A stretch of DNA of 51,154 bases from Bacteriovoracaceae bacterium (GTDB taxonomy: Bacteria > Bdellovibrionota > Bacteriovoracia > Bacteriovoracales > Bacteriovoracaceae), in contig JBKJNQ010000152.1 of the NCBI GenBank assembly GCA_046593575.1, forward strand, positions 1 through 51,154, read 5' to 3'. A program made the position numbers and the translations under genes. Positions within the stretch are counted from its first letter, which is position 1, and every line of letters starts with the position of its first letter. The notes under the pieces were generated by a model. That model saw only the letters and a program-made list of their open reading frames with translations, did no database searches and was not told the DNA's origin. This document shows, in pieces, positions 29,726-39,743 of this stretch.

Positions 29726-30564
29726 ACGAGCTCTTTGACAAACTTTTCGAGATATCTTTCATGAACACCGATTTCTTTGAAGCGTTCCTTCAAAAACATC
29801 GGATCGTCGTCACGTGATTTAATATCTGTGACAACACTCTTTCCCGTCGCAGGATTTTTGGCCTTAAGCAGGAATGGTAAATCAGTATTCTTATCAACCG
29901 GAGAATAGACACGGAAACAATGCATGTTTTTCTTATCGAGAATTTTTCCCCAACCGGCCTTGTCTTTCACGAGCGAAAGATCCCCCAGGTAAATTACTTC
30001 CTTTCTGCGCGCCAGAAGTGCCTTCACTTGATTCACTTTCTGAAGTTCAGTATGGGTGTTCATCGGTCCCTTGTAATCGAGAAGAACCTTTCCGTTCTCG
30101 TCGAGAAAGCCAAGCTTTTCCAGGGCAGAGATGAAAATGGTAAGACCTTCCTTTCCGCGTTTCGGAGGAAGGTTGAGGGTCTTTTCACCCCAGATAACAA
30201 CTCTGACAAGATCATGAGTCTGAGCAGCGAGTAAATAGAGCAGAGCAACGATTTCAATCATCGCTTCAAGCTTAGATTTTCCTTCGTAGCCATAGAGAAG
30301 AGTGTGAGATAAATCCACGCACACGACGATCTCAACGTTTCTCTCTTCTTCGAAAGTCTTGATATAGACGTTCGGCGAGCGGGCCGAGAGTTTCCAATCA
30401 ATGAAGCGAACATCATCACCGGGAACGTAAACCTGATGCTCGCGGAATTGTAATCCAGAGCCGCGAAAATGAGACTTCAACATACCTGAAGAGTAGGCAT
30501 TGGAGTTGCGGAAAATCTGAGACTGGATCATTCCCACGACCCGTTCAATTTCCTTTAAGTTCAT
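29722..30564 (-). CDS. DUF58 family protein
   Basis: FRGSGLQFREHQVYVPGDDVRFIDWKLSAR...KTFEEER. Confidence 0.9.
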   Translation of the reverse strand: MNLKEIERVVGMIQSQIFRNSNAYSSGMLKSHFRGSGLQFREHQVYVPGDDVRFIDWKLSARSPNVYIKTFEEERNVEIVVCVDLSHTLLYGYEGKSKLEAMIEIVALLYLLAAQTHDLVRVVIWGEKTLNLPPKRGKEGLTIFISALEKLGFLDENGKVLLDYKGPMNTHTELQKVNQVKALLARRKEVIYLGDLSLVKDKAGWGKILDKKNMHCFRVYSPVDKNTDLPFLLKAKNPATGKSVVTDIKSRDDDPMFLKERFKEIGVHERYLEKFVKELV

Positions 30565-30565
30565 G

Positions 30566-31507
30566 TCAGATCACATTCGCAGCGATAGTAGTCACCATAT
30601 GACGGGTGTTCAATTTATCAATCTGAGCCTCGTAGGAAGGGATCACGCGGTGACCTAGCACAGATGGGATAATGGAAAGAACATGCTCTGGTGTAACAAA
30701 ATCTTTTCCTTCCATGAACGCCTTGAACTTAGAAATCTTATAAAGCCAGATGGAAGCGCGGGGAGAAGCTCCCGCCACAACTGCGCCTTCAAATTTCTTC
30801 TGAAAGAATTTACTTCCCGGACGGGTCGCGTGGACCATGCGAATAATCATGTCTTTGATTTTTTCATCAACGTAAATCGATTCTACTTTCTCTTTAAGCT
30901 GAGCAAAATCCTGTTCCGTCATAATCGGCTTAAGATCCAGAGGACCTGACTTCATACCAAGCACACTTTTCTCAGCTTCAAAATCCGGATAATCCACAGA
31001 GATTTTCATCATAAAGCGGTCCAGCTGCGCTTCCGGGAGATTGTAAGTCCCTTCCTGCTCAATTGGGTTCTGAGTCGCAAGAACCACAAAGGGGGTCGGG
31101 AGCTTGTGAGTCTTGTCACCGATGGTAACTTGCTTTTCTGCCATCGCTTCAAGCAGAGCGGCCTGAACTTTCGCTGGAGATCGGTTGATCTCATCAGCGA
31201 GAACCAGCTGAGTGAAGATCGGTCCGAATTTCGTCGTGAATTCCTGCTTTTGCTGGTTATACATCATCGTCCCGATCAGATCGGAAGGAAGTAGATCGGG
31301 AGTGAACTGAATTCTCTGGAATTGGAGATGACACAACTTACTCATGACAGAAACACTGAGTGTTTTCCCGAGACCTGGAAGTCCCTCAATCAGAAGATGG
31401 CCTTCGCAGACAAGTGCCGCAAGAATGCTTTCAAGAAGTTCATCCTGGCCGAATACAACTTTGCGGGCCTCGGCAATTGTGCGGTGTAATTTATCCTGAA
31501 GATCCAT
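30566..31507 (-). CDS. moxR: MoxR-family AAA+ ATPase
   Basis: EGLPGLGKT, RIQFTPDLLPSD, LADEINRSPAKVQAALLEAM, ATQNPIEQEGTY and GASPRA. Confidence 0.95.
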   Translation of the reverse strand: MDLQDKLHRTIAEARKVVFGQDELLESILAALVCEGHLLIEGLPGLGKTLSVSVMSKLCHLQFQRIQFTPDLLPSDLIGTMMYNQQKQEFTTKFGPIFTQLVLADEINRSPAKVQAALLEAMAEKQVTIGDKTHKLPTPFVVLATQNPIEQEGTYNLPEAQLDRFMMKISVDYPDFEAEKSVLGMKSGPLDLKPIMTEQDFAQLKEKVESIYVDEKIKDMIIRMVHATRPGSKFFQKKFEGAVVAGASPRASIWLYKISKFKAFMEGKDFVTPEHVLSIIPSVLGHRVIPSYEAQIDKLNTRHMVTTIAANVI

Positions 31508-32692
31508 TTATGACTCCAATATGTAAAAATAGGATTTGATATAGTTTGCGCGATTAGATTGTGAACGAACGGGATGATCCCAACCCTGAACTCCTGAATG
31601 AAGAAGTTGAAGTTTTTTATTTTCTTTCATCGAAGCATCCTGGATGTTTTTTTGAAACTCATCGTGATTCACATAGTGTGTGCAAGATGAAAATACCAGC
31701 AGTGCTCCGGGTGAAGCCAGTTTCATCACTTTACGATGAAGTTTTGAGTATCCTTCAAGCGCCTGATCTTTTTGAAGAGAGCTTTTAGCAAATGCAGGGG
31801 GATCACAAAGCACAACGTCGTATTGATCTTTCCGTGCGATAGCCTCATCCATGAAACGAAAAACATCCTGACGGAAAAAATTCCCTCGACCTGCAAAATG
31901 ATTTAACTCCAGCGCTTTGGAAACCTCTTCCGAGAAATCACCTTGGTCAACGAAATCAATTCTCTTCACTCCGCCCTGAAGAGCATTCATTCCCCAAGCT
32001 CCAGCGTAACAGAAGAGGTCTACCCCTCTCTCCATGGGTGCTTTCAGTCTTTTGAGAAGTGATTGAAGAAACATTCGGTTTTCACGATGGTCGTAATAAA
32101 AGCCCACCTTTTGAATGATCTCAGGACGAAGATAATAGCTGAGATCATTTTCCGTCACTGTTAGCGCAGGAACGGCATCAGTCTCAAAAGTAGGAAGAAA
32201 TTCTTTTTCACGGTATTTAGCGTTGTCGAGAAAATACGCCTTCACCCCTAAATTCGAACTCAATTCTCTGGCTATCAGATCGCGGTGCTTATCGACGCCC
32301 GCGGTATTAATTTGAATGAGTACGGCATTAGTAAAGTGATCAGCAATGAGACCAGGCAGACCATCGCTACCACCATAAAAAACTCGTGAGCCATTTTCGT
32401 AACCAACGAAACGCTTGCGAATATTTACTGCAGAAAGAATTTTTCGAGAGATAAATTCTTCAACTGAAAAACCAGAGGGATCTTTTATTTCATCGAGGAC
32501 CTGAACTGATGCATATTTGTCATCAACTTGAGGATTCACAAAAGAAATCCACAGCGATTTTTCCGCCTGAAGAAAACACCACTCACCGGGAGGAATAGAT
32601 TTCAGAGACCCTTCCAGGTCTGCCGCTTTCAGTTCTCTCTGATGGGAACGGAGTTTATTGAAGCCGCTCTTCGACAAGATAAGAGTACGCAC
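31508..32692 (-). CDS. rlmI: RlmI-family SAM-dependent rRNA methyltransferase
   Basis: SDGLPGLIAD, QKVGFYYDHRENR, DLFCYAG, DPPAFAK, SSCTH and DHP. Confidence 0.8.
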   Translation of the reverse strand: MRTLILSKSGFNKLRSHQRELKAADLEGSLKSIPPGEWCFLQAEKSLWISFVNPQVDDKYASVQVLDEIKDPSGFSVEEFISRKILSAVNIRKRFVGYENGSRVFYGGSDGLPGLIADHFTNAVLIQINTAGVDKHRDLIARELSSNLGVKAYFLDNAKYREKEFLPTFETDAVPALTVTENDLSYYLRPEIIQKVGFYYDHRENRMFLQSLLKRLKAPMERGVDLFCYAGAWGMNALQGGVKRIDFVDQGDFSEEVSKALELNHFAGRGNFFRQDVFRFMDEAIARKDQYDVVLCDPPAFAKSSLQKDQALEGYSKLHRKVMKLASPGALLVFSSCTHYVNHDEFQKNIQDASMKENKKLQLLHSGVQGWDHPVRSQSNRANYIKSYFYILES

Positions 32693-32717
32693 AAAGATCC
32701 TCTAAAGTTATTCAGCT

Positions 32718-32746
32718 ATTATAGAGGAAGAGTGCAAGAGACTCAA
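32718..32746 (-). promoter_or_regulatory. sigma70 promoter of the rlmI-moxR-bat operon
   Basis: TTGAGT-N17-TATAAT on the minus strand, and an AGAGGA SD before the GTG start. Confidence 0.65.
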
Positions 32747-32777
32747 AAGAAGTTGCGGCAAACTAAATGAGTCGGAA

Positions 32778-33584
32778 TTACGGATTCTTTTTAGGTTCGC
32801 TGACCGGGGCATCTCCCAGGAAATAGCGCATGCCTTCCCCGGTATTGATCCGGTAATTTTCGAATTCGATGATGTCCTGGTTGCGGAATCCCTTATCTCC
32901 GGTTTGCTCAACCGTCAGTGCCAATTCACTGAGAACACCTATTCCCTGAGCGTCACCATAATTGAGTTTGCGAGTGGTTTTGAGATTAATCCCGTTTTCG
33001 GAAGTATTGACTGTGACCAAACCTACAACCCAGCGGCCTTCTGCGAATGATTTTTTCTCATAAGAATAGGCCATCGTCCAAATCCCGACCGGCTTGTTAC
33101 CGATTATTTCAGAGAGGCGATCCTGTTCATCAAATTTCACTGTGTAGGACGGAATGGCAGCAACTCCCGAAAGATCTGTGGCAATAAATTCTTTTGGCAT
33201 TTTACCGGCACTGATCTTGTACCCAGGAAATCTTTGAGCAACTCCCATTGGTAAAAGGCTGTCGAGAATCGGCGCAAAAGATATTTTTAGCAGGTTTTTT
33301 GCCTCGAGAAATCCTTCCGGGAGCCCAATCACATCAACAGCAAGACGTTCTGGCGACAGCGTCCAGTGAACGCGAAAAAGAAGTTTTTTTATTGTGCCAA
33401 AAATTTTCTGCTCATTCACCTGCTCCGTTAGCCGGCTGCTGGTAACATCCACTACGAAGTCGCGAACACCTTTATTTTTTAGCGTGTACACTTTTCTCTC
33501 ATACAGTGAAAAATAAGTTGCAGAGTCCTGGGCGAAAGCGAGAGTTGAAACGAAGAGAAAGGCCATGAGAGCGATAATTTTCAT
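32778..33584 (-). CDS. exported hypothetical protein (beta-rich)
   Basis: Signal peptide MKIIALMAFLFVSTLAFA|Q, 268 aa, ATGA overlap with the rqcH stop. Confidence 0.75.
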   Translation of the reverse strand: MKIIALMAFLFVSTLAFAQDSATYFSLYERKVYTLKNKGVRDFVVDVTSSRLTEQVNEQKIFGTIKKLLFRVHWTLSPERLAVDVIGLPEGFLEAKNLLKISFAPILDSLLPMGVAQRFPGYKISAGKMPKEFIATDLSGVAAIPSYTVKFDEQDRLSEIIGNKPVGIWTMAYSYEKKSFAEGRWVVGLVTVNTSENGINLKTTRKLNYGDAQGIGVLSELALTVEQTGDKGFRNQDIIEFENYRINTGEGMRYFLGDAPVSEPKKNP

Positions 33585-34924
33585 GCAGAGTCCTCAACAA
33601 ACGAAGAGATGTCGACTACTGGACATCGTAAATGTTTTTCTTTCTTATATGTTACCATACCCGGCACTCCCGAAACACCCTTGAGATTTTTCACCTGGGT
33701 GAAAATGACGGGAACCCAGTCACCCTGAAAATGAGAGAAACGGGCAAGTATTGAAGCAGCGATATTAAGCTCCTCATTGCCGGGGAGACCATTCTTCATC
33801 TTGATAATGACATGAGCACTTTTGAGTCCATCCAGATGAAGCCAGGTGTCGTCTTTTCCCGCCCACTTTGATCGGAGTTGGTCGTTCCCTCTCGCAGAAG
33901 TTCCCACACCCAATTGATAATTCTCAGTCTGGATAATGCGGTAGTCATCCGGTAGCTCTTTGGCTTTTTCTGGATGAAGCGCAGAGGCCTTCTCTTCTCC
34001 CCACGAGACCTTGGTTATCTGAAGAGTAGAAATTGGCTGAAGGGGCTTAACTTTGTCGGCAAGGGTCTGAGTCACTGTGCCCAGCCGCTGACTCAAAATA
34101 GTTTCGCCTTTTTTCAGTTTTTTGATTTTTTCAAAGAGCAGATTTCTTCTTTCGTAAGCGTTGAGTTCACCCTCAAATTTGATCTTATGATCTCCGACTT
34201 TCAGCTCATACATGTTTTCCAGAGACTGATCACGATTAAGAATGTCCTGAATCTTTTCCCACTGACGAGCGCGGGTCAAATCTTCTTCAATTTTCAGCTT
34301 TTTTCTTTCAAGAAAATCCGGTTTAAATTGTCCACCTTTCATTGCCGCGGAAGTTGCCTCAGCGAGGAGAAGATCACTCACGGGAATGAGTTGAGGCGAA
34401 ACCATATCGTGTTTCAAGTCAGTTCTTCGTCCGATCTCATCAAAAAATGAAAATAGATCCGTCACTTCCTCCGGGACGTTCACCGGTCTTCCTTTCCAGC
34501 TCAAGAGGATTTTCATCTGACCCTCCGGAGCTTCCCGGTAGTAATGCAGAAAATAAACCTTACGAGCTTTCCACAAAATGCACAGGGACTGCTTCCCCCC
34601 GTATTTCTGATAATCCAGTTTTACAATCCGGTCATTCTTATCGAGTTCGATACCAAGAAAAGTACAGGAGCTGAGATGGCGTCTCAGGTATTCCAGGAAA
34701 TTATCTTTCCTCCGGAGTATTGAAGGCGGAGCTTCATCATCCAGCCACAAGCCTTCCATACCTGAGCCGCGGCCTATGTAGATGGAATATGTTTTCCCTG
34801 GAATTCTCACGGCGAGTGAAACAAAGAAAGCTGTACTGTATATTTTTTGGATCTGACCGCCGGCCAGGGAAGAATCGCTAATAGCTTTTACTTGGGACTG
34901 CAAATCCCGGTAATATTGAATCAT
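33581..34924 (-). CDS. rqcH: RqcH/Rqc2 (NFACT) ribosome quality control factor
   Basis: NFACT-N with a DR motif (KNDRIV), a coiled-coil middle, and NFACT-R motifs GTSARGNDQL...DTWLH...AHVII and VIFTQVKNL...PGMVTY. Confidence 0.8.
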   Translation of the reverse strand: MIQYYRDLQSQVKAISDSSLAGGQIQKIYSTAFFVSLAVRIPGKTYSIYIGRGSGMEGLWLDDEAPPSILRRKDNFLEYLRRHLSSCTFLGIELDKNDRIVKLDYQKYGGKQSLCILWKARKVYFLHYYREAPEGQMKILLSWKGRPVNVPEEVTDLFSFFDEIGRRTDLKHDMVSPQLIPVSDLLLAEATSAAMKGGQFKPDFLERKKLKIEEDLTRARQWEKIQDILNRDQSLENMYELKVGDHKIKFEGELNAYERRNLLFEKIKKLKKGETILSQRLGTVTQTLADKVKPLQPISTLQITKVSWGEEKASALHPEKAKELPDDYRIIQTENYQLGVGTSARGNDQLRSKWAGKDDTWLHLDGLKSAHVIIKMKNGLPGNEELNIAASILARFSHFQGDWVPVIFTQVKNLKGVSGVPGMVTYKKEKHLRCPVVDISSFVEDSA

Positions 34925-37297
34925 ATGACGATTAATCTTATCACCACTCAGAGTTCCGTGCACCATTCTCAGGTAGAATGGGACTCATTGTGCCAGATTA
35001 TTTCGCGATTCGCCTTTTTTCAGTCAAATCAGGAGCTGCTTGTCACAAAGGTTTTCCGTGGTGAAGCTGCTCTTCTCGAAGAAGAACTGGGGAAAATATC
35101 CTTATATCTAAAGCATCTTCTCGATGACCAACGTCAGGTTGTTCAGCAATTAGTCTCACGTCTACCTCCAGACAATTCTCTTCACAAATTTATTACCCAT
35201 CTTTCAAAAAGTGGGTCGCTGACTTTTAGTGAGCTGAATAAAGTCGCTCTTCTCGCAGAAGCTTCGCAATTCATTAGAAATGATTTCCCAGAACTTCCGC
35301 TTCCGGAATTTTTTTTCTTAAGAGGGCAGGATTTTTTTCCACTCCAGCGAAAAGTCCTGAAAGAATTTCGGTATCTCGTCGATCCTGAGGGCGAACTGCA
35401 TCTGGAAAGGCACCCCGAATTGGCAGAATTGAATAAGCGCCTGCGAGAATTAGAAGAGAGAATCAGGAAGACTGTCCAGGATTGGCTTAATGATTCCGGT
35501 CACCAGAAAGTTCTTCAGTACAATAGTTACGACATTCACTATGATCGCTACGTTGTACCGGTCCGTTCCGATTCATATCGTTCTGAACTAGGCCTCATCG
35601 TATCCCGCTCAGAATCAGGTTCCACTCTCTTTGTTGAACCCTATGAAGTTCGCGATGCCTGTAACAAAAGGCTTGAGCTCATCGCCAAGATTGATGAGAT
35701 AATTAATCAACTTGCGCAGAGATTTTCACAGGGCTTTGCTGAGTTCTCACCGTTTTTATCAACCCTTCATGGAGAAGTTCTCAAAATAGATTACTATTTG
35801 GCGAAATCGGGATTCGCCACGCGATACGCCCTGGAGCGTCCGTCTGTGAGTTCCACTCCTGGCTTCAGGATGAATGGACTTTTTCATCCTCTGCTTAAAA
35901 ATGCGGTGAAAAACGATGTCGAATGTCTCAAGCATCACCATGGAATTGTTATTTCCGGACCCAATACCGGCGGAAAAACAGTCTTCCTCAAATCCGTAGC
36001 TCTCAGCTATCTTCTTTTTTATCATGGTCATTATGTGCCGGCGCGCGAAGCTGAGCTCTATCCTTACGAGGGACTTTTTTATTTTGGCGATGATCTTCAG
36101 GATCTAAAATCTGGTCTCAGTTCATTTTCTGGTGAAGTCAAAAACTACATCGAGCTCATGGAGAATATCCTTCCTACGAATTTGATTTTGATAGATGAAA
36201 TATTCAATTCCACGTCTTCCGATGAAGCTTCGGCGCTTTCCATGGCCTATTTCGATGAACTTCATAAGAATGCTGGCTGCCACATTATGGTCTCTACCCA
36301 TCATCAAATGTTTAAAACGCTCATTCATCAGGACCGCAATTACATCTCATGCCACGTGGGGTTTGATACGAGAAGCATGCGCCCAACCTACAAGATGATA
36401 TGGGGGACTCCGGGAAGTTCCATGGCGATCGAAATATTCCGGATTCTTTCGCAGGGTCATCCGGCCGTTGCACTTGTACCTGATAAGGCCACGGGGCAAC
36501 TCACTCAAAAAAACGTGAGCTATGAAACGCTTCTTCAAAAAGTAACCCAAAAGCAAATTGACCTTGATCATCTTCTGAACAATAACCGGCAACTTGAGCT
36601 CGATTTACGAAATCAAAAAGGGGCAATGGAAGGTGTTCTGAATCTCAGGCTGCAGGATGAGCTTCAGAAAGCGCGCAGAGAAATTGACCGCATTCTGAAT
36701 GAAGCCCGCGTGCTGGTCGAAGAGGTCAAGAGAAATGAGATCACTAAGATCCGAAGAGTGAATGACAAGGGGCACTCACTGAAGAGTGAATTAGGAAAAC
36801 TAGCTGGGGAAGAAGCTCCCATTGAAAATGAAGGTCCTCGCTCTGGCAATCTTTCTGCCGATGAACTTAGTCCAGGTGACCAGGTTCATTCCCTGGTCAT
36901 GAAGAAAGATTTCATCGTGGTCTCAGTGGATAAGAGAAAACGAGAAGTGATGATCGGCAAGGGACCAATCAAGATAAGCGTGCCGGTCTCTACACTTTCC
37001 CGTTCCAAAAACATGATGCCGCAGCAAAAAGTCAGTGTCAGTTTCCACAGGACTCGTAACTCCCAACTCGAGCTCGACGTACGTGGGATGAGACTCTCCG
37101 AATGCCAAAGTCTCGTCGAAACCGCATTAGGCGATCTCCTTACAGGCGATGTTCCTTACATCAGTGTGATTCATGGCCATGGTGATGGAGTTCTTAAGAA
37201 CTGGCTGCGTGATTACCTTAAGCGTTCCAAAGATTTCCAAAGCGAACTTACGGATAATGGAAACGACGGTGAAACAAAAATCACGCTCAAAATTTAA
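34925..37297 (+). CDS. mutS2: MutS2 (ABC ATPase, coiled coil, KOW-like and Smr domains)
   Basis: RYVVPVR, SESGSTLFVEP, HPLL, ISGPNTGGKT, LIDE, STH, GTPGSSMA, and Smr motifs LDVRG and IHGHGDGVLK. Confidence 0.92.
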   Translation: MTINLITTQSSVHHSQVEWDSLCQIISRFAFFQSNQELLVTKVFRGEAALLEEELGKISLYLKHLLDDQRQVVQQLVSRLPPDNSLHKFITHLSKSGSLTFSELNKVALLAEASQFIRNDFPELPLPEFFFLRGQDFFPLQRKVLKEFRYLVDPEGELHLERHPELAELNKRLRELEERIRKTVQDWLNDSGHQKVLQYNSYDIHYDRYVVPVRSDSYRSELGLIVSRSESGSTLFVEPYEVRDACNKRLELIAKIDEIINQLAQRFSQGFAEFSPFLSTLHGEVLKIDYYLAKSGFATRYALERPSVSSTPGFRMNGLFHPLLKNAVKNDVECLKHHHGIVISGPNTGGKTVFLKSVALSYLLFYHGHYVPAREAELYPYEGLFYFGDDLQDLKSGLSSFSGEVKNYIELMENILPTNLILIDEIFNSTSSDEASALSMAYFDELHKNAGCHIMVSTHHQMFKTLIHQDRNYISCHVGFDTRSMRPTYKMIWGTPGSSMAIEIFRILSQGHPAVALVPDKATGQLTQKNVSYETLLQKVTQKQIDLDHLLNNNRQLELDLRNQKGAMEGVLNLRLQDELQKARREIDRILNEARVLVEEVKRNEITKIRRVNDKGHSLKSELGKLAGEEAPIENEGPRSGNLSADELSPGDQVHSLVMKKDFIVVSVDKRKREVMIGKGPIKISVPVSTLSRSKNMMPQQKVSVSFHRTRNSQLELDVRGMRLSECQSLVETALGDLLTGDVPYISVIHGHGDGVLKNWLRDYLKRSKDFQSELTDNGNDGETKITLKI

Positions 37298-37317
37298 CTG
37301 CATGATAAGATAATTTC

Positions 37318-38928
37318 ATGAATCTGTTCCTGAAAGACCAATGGCGATTTCTTACGCTTCTACTCGTTATCATCATAGCGCATTCGTCTTTATTATTTCC
37401 TGAGACTCTCGAAAATCCCGACGCAAGTATCATTTATCCGGTGCTGGAGAAAGTGACATCAATTTTTGATTACTTCTCCAAACTCGCAGCCTTTGAAACC
37501 ATCGACTTTCAACCGGTGCGTGATCTGACTTTCTTTATTGATCTCTGGTGGTTTGACCACTTTAGCTTTGAAATTACGATCATTCTTAACTGTTTCATCT
37601 GGGCACTTGCTTGCTTCAATCTTCTAAAAGTTGCAGAAGAAAACACGGAGACGGAAAAGATCACGTCACTTCTTCTGATTTTATGCTTTGCTGTTTACCC
37701 GGTCTTTCTTCAGACAGTGAACTGGGGAATAGCGAGGAAACACCTTCTGGCGTTATTATTTACGCTGCTAGCGACGAGAGAATTTTTCAAATGGATAAAG
37801 GGTGGCGGAAAAGAATTTAAAATTGTCGTTTGGTACACTCTCTCACTTTTAAGTCTTCCTATTTCTATCGGGTGGCCAGTCTGGGCATTTATTTATTGTA
37901 AGTATTATCAACCAGGAGACAGAGACAAGAAAAAGCTTTTCAGCGTTCTGGGTCTTATCATGTTTCTCCTTCTGCTTATTAACTGGGCTTACTACAAATC
38001 AAGTTACACCTTTCTTGAGGTTTACCCGAGAAAAGTCTCAAACTTTGATCCCATCATGATTGCGATCAACATGGGTCAGCAGTTCTGGCAGTTGATATAT
38101 CCATACCAGCTTTCATTTTTCTATAATTTCGATCACAAAGCTCTCTGGGGCCTTGGTCTGTTTTTAGTGGCGATGATTGTCTTCTTTTTAAAATATAGAA
38201 AAAATACATATTTATGGATGTGGGTTCTCTTTGGTGCCTGCCATGCAGTCGTCATTCTCTCCACTCCAGAAATTTATTATGATTCCTATGTGGTTTTCCC
38301 AGGCGCAGCTTTATTTATCTGCATTGTCAAAATCTGGAGTTCAAAAATCAAATCCTTGAAGTTTTTACTTCTTTTGCCCCTCATCTTTTTCAGTGCTTTT
38401 ACATTCAGTCAAAACAGCTACTGGAAAACCTCAAAAGATTTTTTCCAAAGGAATTTTGAAAACGAGAAATCATGTTCCAATGCTCTCCAACTAAGCACTC
38501 CCTATTATCTTGCTCAGAAGAAATTACCGAATGACCTTTACGAGTTCATCCAGATGAACAGCTGTCTGATTCCCTTCCCGGGAGACACCGTAAAAATGAT
38601 CAGGAGAAAAGTCTTAATTGAATCCATGTCCATGTTCAATGAAGATGAGATTGACCATGATTACAGAGAAGAGAGACTGCAGGAACTTGGTAAGAGAGAG
38701 TTTTATCCCATGGCCATGTATATTGCATTTCTGGTCAAGGAGGATAGAAAAGCGGAAGTTGAATCCGTGTCTCAATTCCTGAACGAGAAACTCAAAGGTT
38801 CAGGACAAAAAATTGATTATGATCCCATCATCATGTCTGTTGTCCCAGTATATTGTAAAAGGCACCGCTTAGAGCAGTGCCTGACATTTTTGAGCTATTG
38901 GAAGAAAAAAATGAAGAGAACTTATTAG
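37318..38928 (+). CDS. TMTC-like GT-C membrane glycosyltransferase, paralog 1
   Basis: About 11 TM helices. NPDA, IDFQPVRDL and FAVYPVFLQTVNWGIARKHLLA resemble the TMTC-type FAVHPxxxEAVxWIxxRxxLL motif. C-terminal periplasmic helical domain. Confidence 0.6.
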   Translation: MNLFLKDQWRFLTLLLVIIIAHSSLLFPETLENPDASIIYPVLEKVTSIFDYFSKLAAFETIDFQPVRDLTFFIDLWWFDHFSFEITIILNCFIWALACFNLLKVAEENTETEKITSLLLILCFAVYPVFLQTVNWGIARKHLLALLFTLLATREFFKWIKGGGKEFKIVVWYTLSLLSLPISIGWPVWAFIYCKYYQPGDRDKKKLFSVLGLIMFLLLLINWAYYKSSYTFLEVYPRKVSNFDPIMIAINMGQQFWQLIYPYQLSFFYNFDHKALWGLGLFLVAMIVFFLKYRKNTYLWMWVLFGACHAVVILSTPEIYYDSYVVFPGAALFICIVKIWSSKIKSLKFLLLLPLIFFSAFTFSQNSYWKTSKDFFQRNFENEKSCSNALQLSTPYYLAQKKLPNDLYEFIQMNSCLIPFPGDTVKMIRRKVLIESMSMFNEDEIDHDYREERLQELGKREFYPMAMYIAFLVKEDRKAEVESVSQFLNEKLKGSGQKIDYDPIIMSVVPVYCKRHRLEQCLTFLSYWKKKMKRTY

Positions 38929-39731
38929 TGGATGACTTTTCCGATTCTCCATGGACGAAACTTCCATGACTCCTGCTCATCTTCGCTCCAGGGCCAAGGG
39001 ACCGAAAGTGAGAACCAAACCATAATCGCCTTCCCTTTGATGTTCCCGAAAGGAACAGTTCCCCAGCGGCGAGAATCAGCAGAGAAGTCACGGTTATCAC
39101 CCATCACGAAAAAATTATCTTTCGGAACAGTGAACTTGTAGTAGTTGGCGAAGTAATCATTCCCCACATCGACCTGAGTAATGTGCGTCTTATCACCAGT
39201 TTTGGTTTCAAGAAACTTGAACTGATAAGCTTTGTAGCGCTCATCCATGTCTTCCATGATTTCTTTCCCATCAACTTCTTTGGTCGAAATGGGCTGATTG
39301 TTTACGTAAACAACTTTATCAATCACTTCAACAGTATCACCAGGTAGCCCGACAACACGCTTGATGTAATTCAGATTCGGATCTTTTGGATATTTAAATA
39401 CGATCACATCTCCGCGATGAGGCTGCTCAGGTCCAGTGATGTATTTGGGATCAGAGAACCAGTCAGTAAAAGGGACCTTGAATCCGTAAGAGAATTTATT
39501 CACAAGAATAAAGTCACCAATCAGAAGCGTCGGGATCATGGAGCCAGATGGAATTTTGAATGGCTCAAAAAGAACAGAGCGAAAAACTAGAACCGAAAGG
39601 ATGATGAAGGTAAACGACTTCACTTCCTTGATGAATTTATCTTTTTTGCTGATGATAGGTGCCGCAACTACTGCTGCTTCCTCAGAAGTCGAGGGAGTGC
39701 CGCTTGTATCAACGGGAGTGTTGTTATCCAT
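38925..39731 (-). CDS. lepB: signal peptidase I
   Basis: IPSGSMIPTL, RGDVIVFKYP, YIKRVVGLPGD and MGDNRDFSADSR. Confidence 0.96.
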   Translation of the reverse strand: MDNNTPVDTSGTPSTSEEAAVVAAPIISKKDKFIKEVKSFTFIILSVLVFRSVLFEPFKIPSGSMIPTLLIGDFILVNKFSYGFKVPFTDWFSDPKYITGPEQPHRGDVIVFKYPKDPNLNYIKRVVGLPGDTVEVIDKVVYVNNQPISTKEVDGKEIMEDMDERYKAYQFKFLETKTGDKTHITQVDVGNDYFANYYKFTVPKDNFFVMGDNRDFSADSRRWGTVPFGNIKGKAIMVWFSLSVPWPWSEDEQESWKFRPWRIGKVIH

Positions 39732-39743
39732 GGGGAGGGTCCT

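Noticed and set aside
34847-34966. Longer overlapping starts for mutS2 (34847) and rqcH (34966)
   Set aside because: They are TTG/upstream extensions running antisense into each other's coding region. Family-like sequence begins at about 34925 and 34924.
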